Shown in pieces: positions 38,566 to 51,283 of a stretch of DNA of 60,830 bases. The notes beneath the pieces were generated by a model, which ran no database searches, was not told the DNA's origin, and saw only the letters and a program-made list of their open reading frames with translations. Within the stretch, counting starts at the first letter, position 1, and each line of letters begins with the position of its first letter. A program made the translations under genes and the position numbers. Source of the stretch: Nemertoderma westbladi (lineage: Eukaryota; Animalia; Xenacoelomorpha). The stretch covers positions 1 through 60,830 of the forward strand of contig JAUCBJ010008883.1 of NCBI GenBank assembly GCA_032718475.1, given 5' to 3'.

Positions 38566-40330
38566 TGATAAATCCAACAGCAGCTAATCCGATACTGTTG
38601 AAAATCCAAATGCAGCTACAGTTATTTGTGCTCAAATAGCACATATAACCCTGCTAAAATCCATACCGGTAATGATTGCAGAAAACACCCGCTACAAAGG
38701 GAAATCTAAATATTTTAATTTGATAATTTTCTACAACTTTCTGGCAATAATGCGAGATACCCACTCGCTTAAATAATTTATTTTACAACAACCCAGTAAT
38801 CCAGTTGGAATCCCGACTCGATCCGATCTGCAGTGTACAGTAATTCAAATAGTGGCGAGGTCCAAAACAATATTACATAATTTTATCCGAAAATATTCTA
38901 GAATGAAACTTTTAGTTTTGCAATGTAAAAATGTATGTTTCTAGTAAGGGGGTTTTGGCATAGATAGATCAAAATAATGTTTATCACCCTTTGGCTTTTG
39001 TTTGACGCAAGTATCGTTGTTCATCAAGCAGCAGGTAAGGGAAAAAGGGTAAACCTTGGCTTCGCTATACAAATGTACCTGTAGGAATTGTGAAATGGGT
39101 TAAAATGAGATGAGAAAATAAAATATGGTTCCGTGATGATAAAAACTTATTTTCGTTCACCTCCCAAGACCGTAGGTAACGATAGTAAGCCGAAACTTGG
39201 TATATATATTAATTTCTCAACGCCAAGCTAATCCCACAACAAACCATCAGGGCATGAATGAATAAAGCAAAATAAAACCCAATGAACCCTCACAAAGAAG
39301 CTCACAAACTAGGGCGCTAATCCTGTAGTAACAATCAGGACGCACCTCCCGAACCTCCCTTATTTGGCTTAGCCTAATCACACCGCACAATTTTTAGCTC
39401 GGCGCCTACACTTCACCACTTACCCCTGATGCCCTGTTATCAGTCACAATTGACCTCATAACTTGACACCTGGTAGTAAATGCAAAGGGTAACAAAGTCA
39501 ACTGTGCCCCTTTTATGGGCCCCAAAATAAACGCCAAGCAAATAAATTACTGTAATGCGGTTAATCTCCCCTATTTTAAAACAAATACAACGCTTACTGC
39601 AGTGGCTGGCCTGGTACAATAGTTCAACTTCCCTGATTTTGTTAGCTAACGCATCTCAGAATTTCCCCCTTTCACGTTCCATAGGCCTGCGTCGGGGCTA
39701 GGTGATCCCTACTCCATATCACAGGGATTCACCGCCTTTAAGGTTGCAAGGTACGACAGCACGGTCTGCTGGTCTGTTCTGACGGTAGGCTCTGCACAGC
39801 ACTGACCGCGGACTATGTTTTAAAAGTCTGTATTGTTAATCAGCATATTGCAGAATATTAATAGGTATTACAAATTAATTAAATTTAAATTGTATAAGCA
39901 GTCAGGCAGCACCGGACCGGTACATATTCCAGTACAGCAGTACACAGGTACAGCAGCAAGGTACAGAATTCAGAATTTTTGAGTTAAAGAGTACAACTGT
40001 ACAAGTATTGTGACTTATGCACATAGAATGAATCATATGCCCGCCTGGCCTAATGCAAGACTGGCGTCCAATAGAAATGTAGCAAATGGCACCTTTTTAA
40101 ATATATTTTTGGTGGGTTGTTTAAATAATACTTTCCTAATGTTATTTGTAGGTATCGTTGCACACATTTTAGGTATATTATACAGTAGATTTTAGATTTC
40201 TTACGACAATATGACTGACCATAATATATTATAAAATATCAAAATTTTTCTTGGTGCGTACCTAAAGATAACTAAGCTAATCTAATACCTTTCGATAAGA
40301 ATATTACAATGGCGTGTACTCTCGCCAACA
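38566..40330 (-). repeat. 3' LTR
   Basis: About 99% identical to 55372-57134 by eye (roughly a dozen substitutions and 4 indels). Short purine tract GGGGCGG abuts it on the minus strand (40331-40337). Confidence 0.95.
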
Positions 40331-40634
40331 CCGCCCCGAAGCATCGATAGCGGCTATCTATATAGCTACGATGCTTCCAAGTACACGGTATACAAACTAC
40401 AGTAATAACTAATAGATCTAAAATATTAAATTACACAGATAAGATGATTATTTAAGTAATATTATTTGTAATTAGATCGAGTTCCAACTTATTATTTCTA
40501 AACAATACAAAATATTCTTTCGCACAATACTACGAATAATATTACGAATATAAATAAATATTTCATTCATAAAGGTAATTTAATTTTAAACCAACTATTA
40601 GTTTGTTTGAAATAATATACAAAAAAATTCCAAT

Positions 40635-40705
40635 TCCTTCATAAGGATCGAACCCCTAATCTATAGATTTGTGCACCAACGCACTACCGAGTGAGCTAAC
40701 AGCCT
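40635..40705 (-). other. tRNA-derived Pol III promoter-like head inside the Pao 3' region
   Basis: Minus strand carries A box TAGCTCACTCGG and B box GGTTCGATCC. Confidence 0.6.
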
Positions 40706-43375
40706 GTTAGACAAAACTTGATAATATAAGATATGATATGGTGTTCACCAATTATAATTGTCACAGAGAACTGTTTGTAAAATAATCGGGGTTGCTATGC
40801 AACATGTCAACATCTTCAGTTCCTAGAGAACTTCCCGTACTGTAAACTACAGCATCACTATAAATGAGTTCAAAATTACATACAAATTAAACTTTCTTTC
40901 AACATTTGAATATTTACTATTCTTTAATCAAATCTACGTATGTAATAAATCAAAATATAATCCAAACACTTTTCTGACATAAAAATTAATTTTAGATCAA
41001 TTTACATATTCTTCAGAGCTTACAAATATAATTCTTCTCAATTCGGTTTAATCAAACATAAATTAAATAGAAACGAATAAAGCCACCCCACCACTGCGCA
41101 TTCTAGAGCGAATCTAGACCGCCTTCCGGTTTTGGGCAAAACCAGGATTCGTTGGGTTTCAGATAACAGTCGATAATTTACTACGGCCCATTTCCTTTCC
41201 TTGCGGGATTGGAGGTGCAAAATGCGCCTCGCCCAAAACCTGGCCCCAGATATTGTCGCGACGCGTCGGTCGCCCTCGTCGCTTCACATTCTGCGGCATC
41301 TTTGCTGCGCACGTTTCCATGGGTCCTTGTGGTCGCGGCAAAAGGTACCTTTTATATTTCTTCCTCGGTGACTTCCGACTCCTCTTCCATGCCATGGTGT
41401 ATCAACCGCAAGCGTCGGCAATGAAACAGGTTGTCGCGCCGTTTCGGAACGTTCTCGCAGGGGATCTAGGGAGGAAGCACCGCATCCATGCAAACTGCGC
41501 GCAGCATGCTGGCGGTCTTCCATCACTCGCATCTTCTCGCGAGGGGGTCTAACTTCAACTCCTGTCAGATTATTTCACAACTTCAGCGTTGGTCGGCAGA
41601 TTAGGTTCGACCCGAATACACAACCACTGAGCGCTATTGCGCGTTTATTAAAGGATTTAACTCAAATTAAATTACATTGGACCTATCTAGTAGAACGGAA
41701 GTACCCTCCCAAATATATATAACGCCTAAAATGAATGAAGGTGAAGCGGGTGTGTGATCAATAATGAAATATGACACAAACGATTTCGGAAAACTGGACG
41801 CTGTCAATGCACACGTGACGCGACACCAAACATCCAAAACTGATCGCACTATCGAGTAAACTATGTCTGTGGAACCCAATGGCAATTCGAGTTTTGCAAT
41901 ACGTGACTTTGATGTTATCGCTGTTACATTTTATCTCGTATTTATGTAATTTACTCCTTTTCACTTATTTCCTATTGGAAATTAAAAATTTTTCAATAAT
42001 ATTAAAAATTAAAAAAAATATATTTTCTCGATAAATAATTTAAAATAATTATTTTTGCCAAATCTGTAAGTATAATTCCAGAACTCGTAGAGCATACCGC
42101 CCCAATGTATGTTAAAAAACATACATTCTAATTCACTTTCGTCCAGTCCGACTGACATTTCTATCAGCCGGATAGACATAACCGGGCCGCAGGGTGGCCC
42201 GATGCTTCCCGGGTTCTGTTTTCGGTCCACCGATCACACCGGCACAGCTCGTCGAACGTGTAGCCAGATGGGCGGCTACTGTCAACTTACTGTGGCCTGA
42301 CTGTACATTGAGCCAACTCAAAGGTATAACAAAGAGTCAACCGGCACGTGGACCAGTCGATAGCGATTGAGCACCAAGGTCGCCCTTGGGCCTAACCCAC
42401 GGTCTTGTCCCACGTGGGCTTGCGCTACCCAACATTGGAATTTTGGCTCGTTTTCACCTGCCTCGCTGGCAGTATTGAAAATTAATACTGTCTGTAGCTC
42501 AAAAGCTACTGAACAAGTAACCACTTACCAGTCACTGTACACGTGTACTCAACAGATGTTCACAAATCAAGTACACAATGGTAAGCACAAAATCGAACAC
42601 ATACCATGCACACACAGAGACATAATCATGAAAGACAAAATCGGGGTCAAATCAGAGGGGACAAAATTGTATCGATGGATAAAAGAGTCGAGAGTACCTT
42701 ATTTTGCCGTCAGGGCAAAATAATTTTGTGTGCACAAAGTATGCTGGGGCGCAGTAGAGATATGGTCCTACTAATACCAGCAGCGTCTGGACCAACTGGC
42801 AAGGGTTCCCATACTCACTCGCAGTGGCCACACATACAATCACGTGTACTCACGTACCCACAGCAACAGAAAGCTCAAAGACCCGAACAAATCCCAAAGA
42901 CCAATCAGCTGAACATGGAGACAATAACATATAGTATCAAAAAAACGGAACAGCTGATGGCCAAAGGAACCCATCCAAGCCCCAAGCAAACTGCCACTGA
43001 TCGCCCACATACAAAACATAGTTCACGCCACATGAACCACAAATCACGCCATGCCACCACCCCTACTGTGTACAGGACTGGCAGTACGGCAACAGGCCAA
43101 CTAGACGGTACCACGGCACCATGTCGATTCATGGTTCGTTAGACACGAGGGCCTTCAGTGACTCCCTAGCACTATATAGACAATTTAACATGCCCCCAGA
43201 CCCTCACGAGTCCGCTGCCGCCTGCTTCCAGCACCCCTATAGAGACTTCACCTCTTTAGGTACTGGAATTATCTATGATGACATAAAACATGTACTTTAT
43301 TTTTATAAATCTTTATTTAGGTCTGTTATGATCTTCTTTTTATCCTTCTTCCTTTTAGGAATAATATACCTGCCA

Positions 43376-45356
43376 TGATCATAACCTGACTCCTCCAGGA
43401 GAACTAGCTGCTGGACTGGTCTTTTCAGCAGGTCGTTTTTTATAGATTTTACTGACACGGTGCGTATGACACCATCCATAGATGGGTGTGTTTCTACTAC
43501 GACACCTGTCAGCCATTGACGTCTTTTTATGTCCCCATCTACTATTAGAACCATATCACCCCTCTTTAGATATTTACTTTGTTGTTGCCACTTTGTTCTT
43601 TCTGATAGAGTTGGTAAGTAATGTTGTATCCAATGGTCCCAAAATATATCAGAGAGATATTGATTTACTAACCAACTTTTACGACTGTATAAGTCGTTTT
43701 TCACTGGTATAGACACCGGCACTAATGGTGCAGGTGCTTGCATCAGAAGGTGATTTGGGGTCAATGCAACTATGTTATTGTCTTTGTCAGTAATAATAGT
43801 TAATGGTCTTGAATTTAATATAGACTCGATTTCGGCAAATAGTGTGTAACCAATTCGTCATCGTTTAAATTTTTATTTGCTGGGACTGTTTTATACATGG
43901 CGAGTTTTATAGATCTAATCAGCCTTTCCCAGCTTCCACCTCGCCATGGACTATCGGCTGTATTGAAATGCCATGCGATTTTGTCTGGTAATAATTGTTT
44001 CGAGATTGCGGTGCTATCTATCTTGTTGATAGCGTTTGTGATTGCGTTATCAGCACCAACGAAATTGGTACCTAAATCCGAATAAAACGCCTTTACCAGG
44101 CCACGCCGAGCTATAAGTCGGCGTATGGCCAATAGCAATGAGTTTGTTGATAAGTCAGCAACTCGCTCTATATGTACGGCTCTGCAGGCCATGCATATAA
44201 ATATCAACCCCCATCTCTTTATTAAGGAGCGCGCTCGCTTAATTAATAATGGTCCAAAACAGTCTAGTCCGGTGTTAGTGAAGGGTGGTTGATGCGCCTC
44301 CACTCTAGCTGTCGGTAAGTTACTCATTTCCTGTGCTATCGGTCTGCGCTGCAATTTCTTGCAAGCGAAGCAATTTGATAGTACAGAAGTGAGTGCTTTG
44401 TTTGGTTTTATCAATACAAACCTTTGTCTCACATCAGCTAAAACATGCGATCGTCCTGCATGCTTCAGTCTAATGTGCGCGTCCAAAATAATGGCACGCT
44501 GCAATTCAACATTGTGTGGTATTATTATTGGGAATAAAAATCCCGTCGTAAAATTAGTAGCTTGAAGTCTAGAATTATGACAGATGAGTCCTTGGTGTAA
44601 CACAGGACTCCATCGCTTTAATGTCGATGACATAATTGATTTTCCGCTGGAGATCAAATTAAACTCCCCAGCGAAATGTATATGTTGAAAATGCGTCAAT
44701 ATTTTAAATTCGGCTTGATTTACCTCGTCTAAAGATAAACCGGGTCTCATTGTGACTCGTTCGTTTGAAGCCATGTGTTTTTTCTGAAGAACTCTGATAC
44801 AGCGCCTAATCCATGCCGCCTTGCGACATATGTCTAGCCAAGATGAATTTAACATCACTAGCTTGTCATAAACCGACCTCGATGTATCTAAAGGTGGTTT
44901 AATAACTTTGCGCTTTACACTAGGAACTGCAATTCGAGTTTCGGAATTTGTCAAAATTGGTTTGTCACTCAGCTGATATGAATTTGCCAAATTTTCATAT
45001 TTTGTCAATTTGATGGAATCTACTTTATTAGATAAATCTGGAGTCATGATCAGGACTGATTCAGGCTCCATTTTGTTCTCAGGATTGGTATTGCGTGAAC
45101 TGCGCAGAATTACCAGGGTAGACTGGCCGAGATCACGGTCTCCGCCGGGTCTAACTGGAAAATCCTGCTGTTCAGCAATATCAATGTCCGATGTTTTGTC
45201 CAGCAATTTATGTCCCAGATCTTTAATTTGTGACTCTGTAATATTTTTATTTATTTTAATCGGTTTGCGAACAGGTTTTCTAGGTTTTACAACCTTATCA
45301 GCCTTGGCCTTTGATTTTGTAACCCTTTCTACCTTTATTTCTGCCTCCTTGGGCAA
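43376..45356 (-). pseudogene. pol: Pao integrase (HHCC, core, C-terminal DUF5641-like region), frameshifted
   Basis: H..LKH...CFAC, GLDCFGP, SDLGTNFVGA, GGSWERLI, TPNHLL and LKRPVQQLVLL motifs. Confidence 0.92.
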
Positions 45357-45361
45357 ACTCC

Positions 45362-47050
45362 CTATGTTACAGTCAAATATTGCTGGCCAATGTTCCCTTG
45401 CTTTACGCAGAAAGTCCGGGCCATGGAACCAGAAGTCTGTTTGTTCAGGGCCGCAAAGTCTTTGGGCATCATCCCGCGTGAAGCTTTGTCCGCGGGGTTT
45501 TGCTTACCTGGACAATGTCTCCAGTCGTCTTTAGTTGATGAGTCCAGTATCTCCGCCCTTCGGTTGGCTATGAATATCTTGAATTGAACCTGGTCACGTT
45601 TAATGTACATGAGTACCAACGTTGAATCTGTCCAATAGAAAGGGTCCAAGTTGGTCTCTAATTCTTTCTTAATGGCCCTTGCCACACCTACTGCAATGGT
45701 AGCAGCTTGTAGTTCACTACGATGGATGTCCATACGTTTCACAGGCACAGTCTTCGCCCTTGAAGTCACAAATGACGTTTCAAACACCATCTCACTTACC
45801 TTGCGTCGCAAGTAGATTACGATTCCTAGCCCCTTCTCACTAGCGTCGCTAAAGCAATGAAGCTCCAGCGCCGTGGGAAACACAGCTTGGCTAGAGAAGT
45901 AGACCCTAGGGATTTCTAGTGTAGTCAATATTGGGAGTTGTTCTTCCCATTGTTTCCATAGTTGTGAGGTGTCATCACTGATTGGTTCATCCCAACCAGT
46001 GCCTTTTATCCAAATGTCACGTAAGTACTGCCGGGCTAACAGTATCACTGGACCAATGTAAAAGTCCCTTTGGACAGTACTGATGACGTCATCGTCCCAA
46101 TGGTCACGTTGTTGGATGGCGGTCTGTTTGAGTACATGAAGGGCACAGTTTGGACTGTCCCATCCACCAAACACTCGTCTAGGCATCTGGTAGACCACAG
46201 GATCTCCAGATAAGTCCTCTGTGGGATACCATAAGAATCTTAAACTGTCCTGGTCCTCCTTCAGCGCAAACACCTGGTGGAACATAGCTTCCACATCACA
46301 AGTGAAAGCTATATTGAACTGTCGGAACCTCAAGAGGATCCCAACAAGATTATTGTTTAAATTGGGTCCATCCATGAGTTTGCTATTCAGTGACATTCCT
46401 AAGTATGGTTCCCTGCAGTCATTGACTACTCTAACCTTACCTGGCTTATCCGGATGTACCACATAGTGGTGTGGTAGGTAGTATGTCTGCGGTGTCTCAA
46501 TTTCAGGATGGTCCATCTTGATAGCATACCCTTTGTCCAGATAGTTATTGATTTGAGCGCGATATTGTTTATGAATCTCGTCATCTTGTAGAAGACGCTT
46601 TCGCACAGCCAACATTCTCTTCAGTGCAAGTGGGTAGTTGTTCTTTAACTTCGGCGGTTCTTCTCGCCAAAGCATCCCCACCTCAAAGTGACCATTCTCC
46701 AATCGCTTGGTTGTCCGATCCATAATTGCAATGGCTCGCTGTTCATCCGCTGATAAAGCTTTATCATAGCTGTTTGGTTCGGCTGCGTCTTGATCTAACC
46801 ACTGCATTACCTTATCATTCATTCGGCGCTCCTCATCAATGATGTCGTAGACTAGTTGTTTATTGGCCTCCAATGAGTCCGGATTGCGAAAGACTTCTAT
46901 CACTTGTGTCTTGGTTAACGCTGTAAAGTTGTTACAAAAGAATGTAACAGCTTCTTTATCTTTGCTGTTCTCATCAGGATCAAATATAACTTGATGAATT
47001 TTTCCGACTGACTCCTCTTCATCTCCCTTTGCATCCTCAATAATGACAGG
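45362..47050 (-). pseudogene. pol: Pao RT and RNase H (Peptidase A17) with an internal deletion of the YxDD region
   Basis: YYLPHH, KVRVVND, DVEAMFHQV, LHCFSDASE, WTDS and NPADKASRG motifs. DFY is joined directly to IGPVILL. Confidence 0.92.
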
Positions 47051-47051
47051 G

Positions 47052-48709
47052 TATTGCCTGATAACTTTATAGAAGTAAAGGTGTCTGAGTCTGTACTCCC
47101 AGATATTCCCATTGGCGATATCTCCTTTGCAGAAGTGAAGGCTGCTGCAAAGAGCATTAAGACCAATCGTGCCAGTGGAGTAGATGGTGTTCCCCCTGAG
47201 GTCTTTAAAATACCTGAGTGTTTAAAGCTCATCTATCCCATCATAGTAGACATGTACCGTACAACAAGAGTCCCACAAGAAATGAAAACAAATAAGTTGG
47301 TGCCAGTTCCCAAGAAGGGCAACCTAACACTCTATGGTTCTTTTCAGGGAATCTCATTGATCTCGATTGCTGCAAAGCTATACAATAGGATTCTATTAAA
47401 TCGCATCAGGGATCCCATTGAGAGACTGCTCCGTGGAAATCAGAATGGGTTCCGTAAAGGTCGTGGGACCATGGAGCCCATTTTGGCACTTAGAAGGATA
47501 ATTGAAGAATTATCAAAAAAGAAAGACAGGCATCTGGCTGTTATCTTTGTTGACTTCTTCAAGGCCTTTGATTCAGTCTCTCGCTCACGTATGTTCAGCA
47601 TACTTTCATTATATGGGATTCCTGATGAAATTATTGCAGCAATCAGATCAGTATACGATGGTTCGACAACATTTGTGTCTACTGTTGACGGTGACACAGA
47701 ACCATTTGAAGTGTTATGGGGCGTCCTCCAAGGAGACACACTTGCACCATTCTTGTTCATTATTGTGGTTGACTATGTTCTACGCATGTCCTTAGATCAT
47801 CATAATGATGATGGGGTGATGATAACTCCACCTACTGGCTCCAGAAGTCGAGGAAATCCTGCCAAGTACCTAACTGATCTAGACTTTGCTGATGACTTAG
47901 GAGTACTCTCAGAATCATTAGAGGGAGCCCAACGGCTCCTCAGCTCATTAAAACATGCTGCTTCTAGTGTTGGTCTTTTTATTAACTCCAGAAAGACCAA
48001 AATTCTGACAGTTAACTTTGAAAGTCCTCAGCAAGTCTCTGATCGGATGAGCATAAGCTCAAAGGATGGTATGCTTGAGCATGTGGACGACTTCTGTTAC
48101 CTGGGATCATGGATCCGGAAGTCAGGTGAGGACCTTCGAATACGTAAGGGAAAGGCATGGGCAGCCTTGAATAGGCTTTCCAGGATTTGGAAGTCACCGA
48201 GAATTAATCGGAAACTTAAGGTCCGATTATTTAGAGCAGCAGTAGTTCCAGTACTCCTCTATGGGAGTCCATGCTGGGCTCTAACTGCTGAGGACACCAA
48301 ATCTCTGGATGGCACATTCACAAGAATGCTACGCCGGGTTCATTGTGTCAAGTACAATGCACACATCTCCAACCAGACACTATATAACATTGGAGGTGTC
48401 TCATTGGTTCCCCCAAGCTTGACACTAGAACAAAATCGCCTCCGCTTTGCAGGACATTGCTTTCGCCGTGAGGACCAGCCAGTGCATAATCTTGTACTTT
48501 GGCAGCCTCATGGAGTGAATAAGCATGGTGGACAGCCCATGACTTTCTTGAGACGCATCTTAAAGGACACTGGCCTTAAAGATGCGGATGATCTAGAAAA
48601 TGTCATGGGTGATAGGGAGTTGTGGCGGTGCAATTTTGTTGACAAGCCGGCACAGCATTCTTAAAAATGCAGCTGCAATGCAGCATGCCGATCCTAGTAG
48701 TAGTAGTAG
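47052..48709 (+). mobile_element. RTE LINE family A, copy 4 (longest), inserted antisense in Pao pol
   Basis: Uninterrupted RT ORF and (TAG)5 tail. No TSD; Pao sequence after the protease appears deleted. Confidence 0.93.
47054..48664 (+). CDS. RTE non-LTR reverse transcriptase (5'-truncated, no endonuclease)
   Basis: 536-aa ORF with PVPKKG, QNGFRKGRGT, VDFFKAFDSV, QGDTLAP and FADD motifs. Confidence 0.9.
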   Translation: MPDNFIEVKVSESVLPDIPIGDISFAEVKAAAKSIKTNRASGVDGVPPEVFKIPECLKLIYPIIVDMYRTTRVPQEMKTNKLVPVPKKGNLTLYGSFQGISLISIAAKLYNRILLNRIRDPIERLLRGNQNGFRKGRGTMEPILALRRIIEELSKKKDRHLAVIFVDFFKAFDSVSRSRMFSILSLYGIPDEIIAAIRSVYDGSTTFVSTVDGDTEPFEVLWGVLQGDTLAPFLFIIVVDYVLRMSLDHHNDDGVMITPPTGSRSRGNPAKYLTDLDFADDLGVLSESLEGAQRLLSSLKHAASSVGLFINSRKTKILTVNFESPQQVSDRMSISSKDGMLEHVDDFCYLGSWIRKSGEDLRIRKGKAWAALNRLSRIWKSPRINRKLKVRLFRAAVVPVLLYGSPCWALTAEDTKSLDGTFTRMLRRVHCVKYNAHISNQTLYNIGGVSLVPPSLTLEQNRLRFAGHCFRREDQPVHNLVLWQPHGVNKHGGQPMTFLRRILKDTGLKDADDLENVMGDRELWRCNFVDKPAQHS

Positions 48710-49667
48710 ACATTACGCATTTTTCTAAGTCGTCGTCAAAAGGGAAAGGGTTGTCGGAATGAATAGGAAGGACTTCACTAGCGACCTTGCATGTGAATCG
48801 GCAGCAAATTTTGTTCTATGTCTGACAATGGTTAACATGACATATTTAACAGTGACATCTCTGCGACCATGTAACGATCCTACATTCATTGTGGAGGACT
48901 CTAGTCGATCTACATCCACAACGCTAGCTATTTCCTCATCTACATAGCTTTGATTTGAAGCATGGTCTAATAAACAATAAATGCGTTTCGAGCCGCACTT
49001 ACCTTGGATCTTAATAGGTATTACGCTAAATGATGCTGACTGTGTCCGTGTAAGCAGGGTAGTGCTGGGTTCTGAATCGCAATCGGTCCTACCATATTCC
49101 GACTCTGAGGTCTCACCACTATAATCCTCTTCACTTGATCCAGACTGATAATTATCGTCGGTATGGCTAGTCTGGGCGAAAGTTACCTGGAGCTTCCTGG
49201 TTTCATTTGGTCGAACTACCTTGGTCGGGTGGTCCTTCAAGTATTTCTTAGTTGGAGTGTGTTGAGGCGTGTGCAGCAACCTATGGTGTAACCTGCCGCA
49301 ATCAGCACATACATTACTTACATTAGTGGCAGTGCAGGCTCTGCGCTTATGGCCTACTGCCAAGCATTTCCAACAAGCATCTAAAGATCTAATAACTAGA
49401 CGGCGCTTGTCCACGTCTAGCTTAGAAAATAGGTTACAACTCGCCAGTCTATGGTCATTAGACCTTTGAGTTAATTGGTGACAATATTGGCACCCTTTAA
49501 AATCCTCAGGCAACTGTTGTATCTTAATTGCCTTCGGACCAATGGGTGATGCTACTTTACTAGTTTTGGCGCTATTTCCAAAACTGCCTCCTGTACTAAC
49601 TACCTTCTTTTCAGATAAAGTATTATAGGTTGTATTATAATCCCCTTCACTAACCATTGTTCGATAT
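48710..49667 (-). pseudogene. Pao Gag zinc knuckles and aspartic protease
   Basis: Three Cys/His knuckles (CQYC..H...C, CWKCLAVGH...C, CADCGRLHHRLLH) and protease-site LLDHASNQSYV. Confidence 0.9.
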
Positions 49668-49671
49668 TTAA

Positions 49672-51279
49672 GGGGGGGGGTACACCCCCCTATGGACCTT
49701 TTTTGCAAATGGCTATAATTTCTGCTTGTGTGTAATTTTGTATATTTTATACCTTTCGGGGGATTAACATATGACCAAAGATTGGGTTCAAAAAAAAAAT
49801 TTTCAAATTTGCGTCGCCCTCTAGCGGCCACCAGCGAAATTGTTAATTTCACTAAAAACACTACTAGTCTCACAATTTTAGGCGAAAATTTTCGAAACTT
49901 GGTTTTTCTGAATCAGCATCCTCGGCTCCACAAAACTTATCGGTTACATTTTTTATTTAGGTCTTAAATATTTTTTAAATATTATTAACTAATATTAATT
50001 ATTACTTAATAGATATTAACTAATTTCAAGAAATTAATATGGCACAATTCAAAATTCTAACCGATAACTTTTGATCAAAACCCGAAAAGAAATCAAACAA
50101 AAAAAAAATTTCGAAAATTGGTTAAGAAATGGCTGAGTAGTAGTATTTTGAATGTGAAAAATACAATTCCGAGATAAACGCATTTAAAGTTTAAGAACAA
50201 TATATTTCAAATGTTCCCGCTATTTTCAGTACTGGTATCTCCTTTTCTTTTCCCATTGGTTATCCCCTATCCATATTTTGTGATTTCTCAATGGATTTCA
50301 TGAAATTTGGTTCAAAAAAACCCCTACCCACTTTTAACAACCTGTTAAAATAATTTTAGAGTGCTTGCCAAAAAACACTTCGCGCAGCACGTGAACAAAT
50401 TACATTTTGGCGTATTGATTTAATCGCATACTATTTCGTCATTTAGTAATAAATAGTCATGGAATAATGAGATAACCTTAAGAAACATTCAAAATTATAT
50501 AAAAATTTCCACATAATTTTATAATAAGCCTTTACACAGAACATTAAGCTTTGCGCAGCACGTGAAACCTTCGCGCAGCACGTGAGACATTTGCGCAGCA
50601 GGTGAAGGTTTCACGTAGCACTTAAATTTTTCATAAAGCACGTTAATTAATCGAGCACCTCGAAAAGCTTTTTGATCAGAATGAGAAGCCTTCACGCGGC
50701 ACATGAAAAGTTCATGCTGCACATGAAGACTTCGCGCAGCACGTGAATTATTCTCAGAGCCAGCGGAATTTAAAAAAAATAAGTTCATGGTTGTTTCCCA
50801 GAATAATTATTACTAGCTATTGTTATATGATGGTTCACATTTGTTATTATTAGTAGACAACTAGTCCATTAGACAACTGTTAAATATGTAATACAAAACT
50901 CACAAATATCTATTAAATATATATTAATTAAAATTTGACGGACATGTTGACAGACAGACAGACATACAAACAGACAGTCAAACTGAGAGACAGACTGAGA
51001 TACAGACATAGTGATTAGATAATTCCAAATATTAAAACAGACATCGACATTAAGAAAAATCCTAACAGTAAACATTTCAGATTGCTTATTTTATGTCCTT
51101 TTTAATATTTCGATGGACAGACAGACAGACATACAGACGGAAAACCAGCCATTACTCGAGAAGTAAAAGAGATCTCGCTAAGCCGTTTCCACATTTGAAA
51201 TCCGCATTAAATTCTACTCTAGATGAAATAAAAAAATGAAAAATGAAAATTTTGACCTGAGGGGGGGTGTACCCCCCCC
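49672..51279. mobile_element. Kolobok-like non-autonomous DNA transposon inserted in Pao gag
   Basis: TTAA TSD (49668-49671, 51280-51283) and TIR GGGGGGGGTACACCCCCC. Related to 22315-23182. Confidence 0.88.
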
Positions 51280-51283
51280 TTAA

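Noticed and set aside
38334-38609. Poly-Arg protein ORF
   Set aside because: Translation of a (CGA/GTC)n microsatellite.
40010-40195. Identical 61-aa ORFs at 40010 and 56814
   Set aside because: The identity only reflects the LTR duplication. Non-ATG start and no recognisable motif.
42905-43132. env gene
   Set aside because: Only 75 aa, with no signal peptide, ectodomain or furin site. Kept only as part of the unexplained region.
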